Part shown: in pieces, positions 59,758-64,000 of the stretch
How the letters are laid out: each line of letters opens with the position of its first letter
How positions within the stretch are numbered: position 1 is the first letter of the stretch
From: a virus
Strand: one strand, 5' to 3'
DNA: 64,000 nucleotides
Virus record (IMG/VR): IMGVR_UViG_3300045988_074841
Notes under the pieces: generated by a model
What the model saw: only the letters and a program-made list of their open reading frames with translations
What the model was told of the DNA's origin: nothing
Databases searched by the model: none
Position numbers and translations under genes: made by a program

Positions 59758-61236
59758 ATGTACGCAATTCGTGAAGTGCAACGTGGTAACTATGATGACC
59801 GTGGTTATTCTAATGAGGAAACTATTGCTCATCTTATGCTTACCAAACCTAGTGAGATTAATTCTATGCTCACCTATACTTTTGGTATGGATGATGATAG
59901 ATTCCCACTTAATTTCCTTACAGAAGGACAAGGTACTGCTGGTGTAGTAGATATTGCTACTACTGATTGGACTTGGAAGACTATGGGTCGTATGAAGTTC
60001 AATGATTCTGTACTTTGGTTTAACACTGCTAATACTACTCCTGGTAAAGGTGGTGCTACTTTTGAAGTTGAGTTTAAGACACACTGGTTCATTGAGCAGT
60101 ATGGTTTGATTGCTCCTGATGGTGTAACTCAAGTTCGTATTATGAAAGACCTTGGTCATGGTTCTCATGGTGGTTATTTGTATCGTCTTCGTATTACAAA
60201 TCCTAATCCAAATGCTTACGTTAATGTAACTCAGAATCTTGGTGTAGGTATGTTTTGGTCTTTGACTGCTCCTACTATTCCAGAGTCTTTCTCAAAGGGT
60301 AATCGTACTAATACTATGGGACCTGGTAAGATGACTTCTCAACTTGAGTTCCATCGTTATAGTAAAGAGATTGCTGGTAACATTAGTAATACTGTTGTTA
60401 CTTATGAGTTTAAGACTAGTGGTGGTGGTACTACTAATCTTTGGATGAATGAGGAGATGCGCCAGTTTGAGCTTCAGCAACGTGTTATGAATGAAGAGCG
60501 TCTTTGGTTTGCAGAATATAATAAGACTGTAAACGGTGAGATTACTCTTATTGATGAAGACAATGGTCAGCCTATTCCACATACTGCTGGTATGCAACAG
60601 ATTTGTCGTGAAAGTAACTATGATACTTATGGAGAGGAACTTACTCTTAATAAGTTGAATCGTACTATCGGTGATATTCTTGACCGCAATACTGATACCG
60701 GTAATATGGATGTAGTTCTTGCTTGTGGTAAAGGTTTCGTTGAGGACTTTGACCGTGCTATTAAGAATGATGCTCGTGATAATGGTTTTATTACTCCTCT
60801 TGGTGACAAGATGATTACTGAATCTAAGAGTGGTCTTTCTTATGGTAATTACTTCCGTCAGTATAAGACTGTTGATGGTCACATGATTACTCTCAAGCAT
60901 CTTGGTTTCCTTGACCGTGGTACTTTTGCAGACAATGCTCGTGACAATGGTTATATCCATCCTCGTACTGGTCTTCCAATGACTTCTCACCAAGCATTTA
61001 TGCTTGATACATCTTCTTATGATGGTCATAATAATATTCGTAAGGTACGTATGAAGGGTCAAGAGCATATTGCTGGAGTTGTTAAGGGTCTTACTCCAAT
61101 TCCTGCATCATGGGGTGGTTTCCCTGCTAATACTCTGTCTACAGACATTGACGTATCTCGTTATGAGGTTAAGGATTCTTATGGTCTTCAAGTTGACCGT
61201 AACACTAAGTTCTTCCAACTCAAGTGTGTACTCTAA
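59758..61236 (+). CDS. Putative major capsid protein
   Basis: 492 aa, the size and position expected of a crAss-like MCP. No search possible. Confidence 0.45.
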   Translation: MYAIREVQRGNYDDRGYSNEETIAHLMLTKPSEINSMLTYTFGMDDDRFPLNFLTEGQGTAGVVDIATTDWTWKTMGRMKFNDSVLWFNTANTTPGKGGATFEVEFKTHWFIEQYGLIAPDGVTQVRIMKDLGHGSHGGYLYRLRITNPNPNAYVNVTQNLGVGMFWSLTAPTIPESFSKGNRTNTMGPGKMTSQLEFHRYSKEIAGNISNTVVTYEFKTSGGGTTNLWMNEEMRQFELQQRVMNEERLWFAEYNKTVNGEITLIDEDNGQPIPHTAGMQQICRESNYDTYGEELTLNKLNRTIGDILDRNTDTGNMDVVLACGKGFVEDFDRAIKNDARDNGFITPLGDKMITESKSGLSYGNYFRQYKTVDGHMITLKHLGFLDRGTFADNARDNGYIHPRTGLPMTSHQAFMLDTSSYDGHNNIRKVRMKGQEHIAGVVKGLTPIPASWGGFPANTLSTDIDVSRYEVKDSYGLQVDRNTKFFQLKCVL

Positions 61237-61247
61237 TATTTTAAAAT

Positions 61248-62408
61248 TTGATTGCTATGACTGATATTAAAATTGAAATTCCAATGGGAAGTCCTGCAAA
61301 TAGTGGAAACGATAATACTCCTGCTGAAGGTTCAACTCCTTCAGCAGACCAGACACAAGCTGAATTAGAAGCTAAAGAAAAAGCTGCTCTTGAGGCAGAA
61401 CTTGAAGCTCCATATTTTGAAAAGAAGACTGTAGTTATTTCTTCTGTTCGTAATTATTCTGCTTATCGTAGAATTAATATGCAAGCTCTTGGTAAGCCTA
61501 AAGCTACTATAGGTTCTTCTGTTAAGTCTGTACGTATTCTTATGAGTGATAAAGGTGAGCTAGCTGCTTATTATCCAGAGATTATTGGTGTTGCTGCTAA
61601 TCATCCAGACTTCGTTACTAGAGTTAAAGGTTATCTTAATAACATTTTCTTTGATGTTAATGATGGAGATAAGGAACTTAATATTTCTTTCCATTATAAT
61701 CATAAAAGAGACTATCTCGCTGTTAAAGCTGAGGAAGATAAAATTCTTGCAGCTTATGAAAAGGTAGACCGCTCTAATGAAGCAGAGCTTTATAAAGCTG
61801 CTGTTAAACGTGATGAAGCTATTACTCGTCTTGAGCAAACTAAGTACCAGTATGGTATGCCTGATAACGTAGAGGAATATATTATTTGGCGTCATTGTCT
61901 TAACTATCCTGATGTAGCTAAAGATGAAGCGTTTATAAATAGTAATGCTACTCTTCGTTTCTTTATTAAAGATGTTGCTAAAGAAGAGAATCGTAAGGTT
62001 AAACTTATTGTTGAACGTAAGAAGGCTATTGAACGTCTTGTTGAACTTCAATCTTCACCTAGTAAAGTTAGTGCTACTTATATTCAGTATTGTAGAACTA
62101 ACGGTCTTAACATTTCTGATGGTCTTAATAAGACTGCTCTTGAACAAGTTGATGACCTTATGAAGTTCGCTACTGAAGACCCTAAGAAGTTTAATTCTAT
62201 AGTTACTGACAAGAATCTTCTCGATAAGGCATTTATCGAAATTCTTATTACTAGAGGTGAACTTGTTCGTTCAGAGTATAATCAACAAATAAATACTCCT
62301 GATGGTCTGTTTGTTGGTGCTAATATTAATGATGCTATTGCATTCTTTAAGAACCCTGACAATAACGGACTAAAGAATAAATTGGAAAACAAATTGAAAC
62401 TCTTTTAA
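61248..62408 (+). CDS. Hypothetical structural protein
   Basis: 386-aa ORF in the capsid gene cluster. Confidence 0.5.
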   Translation: MIAMTDIKIEIPMGSPANSGNDNTPAEGSTPSADQTQAELEAKEKAALEAELEAPYFEKKTVVISSVRNYSAYRRINMQALGKPKATIGSSVKSVRILMSDKGELAAYYPEIIGVAANHPDFVTRVKGYLNNIFFDVNDGDKELNISFHYNHKRDYLAVKAEEDKILAAYEKVDRSNEAELYKAAVKRDEAITRLEQTKYQYGMPDNVEEYIIWRHCLNYPDVAKDEAFINSNATLRFFIKDVAKEENRKVKLIVERKKAIERLVELQSSPSKVSATYIQYCRTNGLNISDGLNKTALEQVDDLMKFATEDPKKFNSIVTDKNLLDKAFIEILITRGELVRSEYNQQINTPDGLFVGANINDAIAFFKNPDNNGLKNKLENKLKLF

Positions 62409-62419
62409 TTGATAAAGAT

Positions 62420-63328
62420 ATGACTACTGCTGAAATGCACCAAATGTTCAGAAACTATGCCCAACAAATGGGTATGCAGAATGTGAGAGCAATACTGCCT
62501 TCACAGATAGATTTGTTGCTGAACAACTCTATTTCGGACACAGTAAATCAAGTGATTGCTCAAAACATTGGTTCTACCAGTGATAGAGTAATCACTGATA
62601 ACTCAAAGCTTAATCAAGTTAATGCTCTTAAAAGTCTTTATAAAGTATGGAAAGCTAAAGTTAAACTTCCTGCTGCAAAGACTAACTACATTGCAAGTTA
62701 TATTCTTCCTCTTGAAAATTTTGGTATAGCTAGCGAAGCTAAAGATAGCACAATTAAAATAGGTGATAACGTATATGCTACTCCTGGTAGTGCAGATAAC
62801 GGTAAACCTAATAAGATTGAATATTTCTTCCTTGTAGATTTGAGCATTGATTATGTTAAAGCTGATGGTGGTAGTTCATTTACTACTAATATATTCCCAA
62901 TTCGTCTTGTAGATGACCAATATCTTGCTGATGTTGTTAATGACTTTGTAATGGCTCCAAGTCTTCGAAGTCCTGTTGCTACTATTCACGATAACACTAT
63001 TGAACTTTACATTGATAAACCTGATGCCAATACTAAGAGTACACCAGCTGCTTATAAGTTTGAAGGTGGTCTTGAAGTAAACGAAATTCGTTTATCTTAT
63101 ATTGGTAAGCCTGGTATTGTTAAGTTTAATGAAGACATTGGTGGTACAGACGTAGATTGTGAACTTCCTGAGAGTATGCACGTTGATATTGTTAAACATG
63201 CTGTTGATTTGTATCGTATCGCTCTTAATGGTAGTATTGTAGGTGCTCAAGGTGCTCAACAGCAACAACAACGTGAAAATGTCCGTAATAATGCTAGAGA
63301 CGAAGGTTATGAACCTAATTCTCGTTAG
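62420..63328 (+). CDS. Hypothetical structural protein
   Basis: 302-aa ORF. Confidence 0.5.
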   Translation: MTTAEMHQMFRNYAQQMGMQNVRAILPSQIDLLLNNSISDTVNQVIAQNIGSTSDRVITDNSKLNQVNALKSLYKVWKAKVKLPAAKTNYIASYILPLENFGIASEAKDSTIKIGDNVYATPGSADNGKPNKIEYFFLVDLSIDYVKADGGSSFTTNIFPIRLVDDQYLADVVNDFVMAPSLRSPVATIHDNTIELYIDKPDANTKSTPAAYKFEGGLEVNEIRLSYIGKPGIVKFNEDIGGTDVDCELPESMHVDIVKHAVDLYRIALNGSIVGAQGAQQQQQRENVRNNARDEGYEPNSR

Positions 63329-63356
63329 TTAAACGTAATTTATAATTTAAGTAATA

Positions 63357-64000
63357 ATGAGACAATTATTTATTTGTACTAGTGATGCAGTTCTTGCTGC
63401 TGCTGGTAAACCACAAGACTTGACCAATGTAGCTGCTGGTACTATTGGTATGTGGCAGAATGATGATGATTCTAAGTGGCTTTCTGCTACTCCTGCTGCT
63501 GATTTTAGTATTGCTTATGGTCGTCCTAATAGTCAAGCAATCGTAATTCCTATTGATTTTGCTTCTGCACGTGTTACAGTTTCTACTCCTCAAGCAGGTA
63601 ACATGTTTGAGGCAAAGATTACTATTCCAGAACCTGTTGCAGGTAAAGATTATACACTTCAGCTTATTAAACTTGGTACTGAAAAGCATGAGCGTTATTC
63701 TTGGACTGTTACAGATAATGGTTCACATAAGACTACTGCTGCTGCTATGGCTAAGTCACTTGGTGATCAATTCACTAATATGATTGAAGCTGGTAATGAG
63801 CAACTTGATGGTCTTAAAGTAACTGTAGATTCAGCTAAGATTACTATTGAAGCTAAGAAGAATTATCAAGGTTGGAATCTTATTGCTGCTGACGATTTGG
63901 TTGGTACTAATGTTAATATTACTGCTGCTGTAGCTCCAACACTTGATGCAGCTTATGTAAAGAACCTTGCTTCTTTCTGTTCTCAGAACCGTGGCTTCTC
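63357..64000 (+). CDS. Hypothetical, probably abundant structural protein. 3'-partial: runs off the window.
   Basis: ATG at 63357. The frame stays open to the window end. GC-richer, Ala-rich codon usage like highly expressed virion proteins. Confidence 0.55.
   Translation, partial: MRQLFICTSDAVLAAAGKPQDLTNVAAGTIGMWQNDDDSKWLSATPAADFSIAYGRPNSQAIVIPIDFASARVTVSTPQAGNMFEAKITIPEPVAGKDYTLQLIKLGTEKHERYSWTVTDNGSHKTTAAAMAKSLGDQFTNMIEAGNEQLDGLKVTVDSAKITIEAKKNYQGWNLIAADDLVGTNVNITAAVAPTLDAAYVKNLASFCSQNRGF

Noticed and set aside
1-64000. Alternative genetic code (TAG or TGA reassignment), as seen in some crAss-like lineages
   Set aside because: Long ORFs are intact under the standard code, with TAA, TAG and TGA all serving as terminators. 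The only tRNA found has an ordinary Gln anticodon UUG, not a suppressor anticodon.
1-64000. Integrase, excisionase or attachment site suggesting temperate lifestyle
   Set aside because: No tyrosine or serine recombinase-like ORF recognised. The tRNA is intact and internal to the phage sequence, not at a phage-host junction.

Overview
AT-rich (about 30% GC) phage DNA whose layout matches a crAss-like (Crassvirales) podovirus of a Bacteroidota host. No Shine-Dalgarno-like sites precede the genes, and they are packed into three strand blocks. Block 1 (+, 1-16913) holds a 1120-aa virion protein with an HExxH motif and one uninterrupted 4457-aa ORF carrying a DFDID (DxDxD) motif, which I read as the giant virion-packaged RNA polymerase. 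Block 2 (-, 17759-46109) is a replication and nucleotide-metabolism module: family-B DNA polymerase, SF1B Pif1/Dda-like helicase, ATP-dependent DNA ligase, SSB with a DDLPF tail, TOPRIM-like primase candidate, UDG-like protein, ThyX, dUTPase, thioredoxin-like protein and many small hypotheticals. Block 3 (+, 46841-end) carries a PD-(D/E)xK nuclease, an L,D-transpeptidase-like lysin with small membrane proteins, and candidate TerL, portal and capsid genes. A tRNA-Gln(UUG) and strong hairpin terminators sit at the convergent junction between blocks 1 and 2. The main unexplained signal is a GC-rich motif, about 15-22 nt (consensus aCAtCTTCTACGGGGCGGcTag), present in 17 copies in both orientations. 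It lies within and between genes, and when intragenic it is usually read as SSTGR or RPVED. Other items: a conserved GAGGA-gaatttaaaW-TCCTC hairpin at two module boundaries, a frameshifted paralog, a stop-free ATG-less frame, and a minus-strand two-gene cassette flanked by tandem 21-nt direct repeats inside the structural block. I found no CRISPR array, integrase or rRNA.
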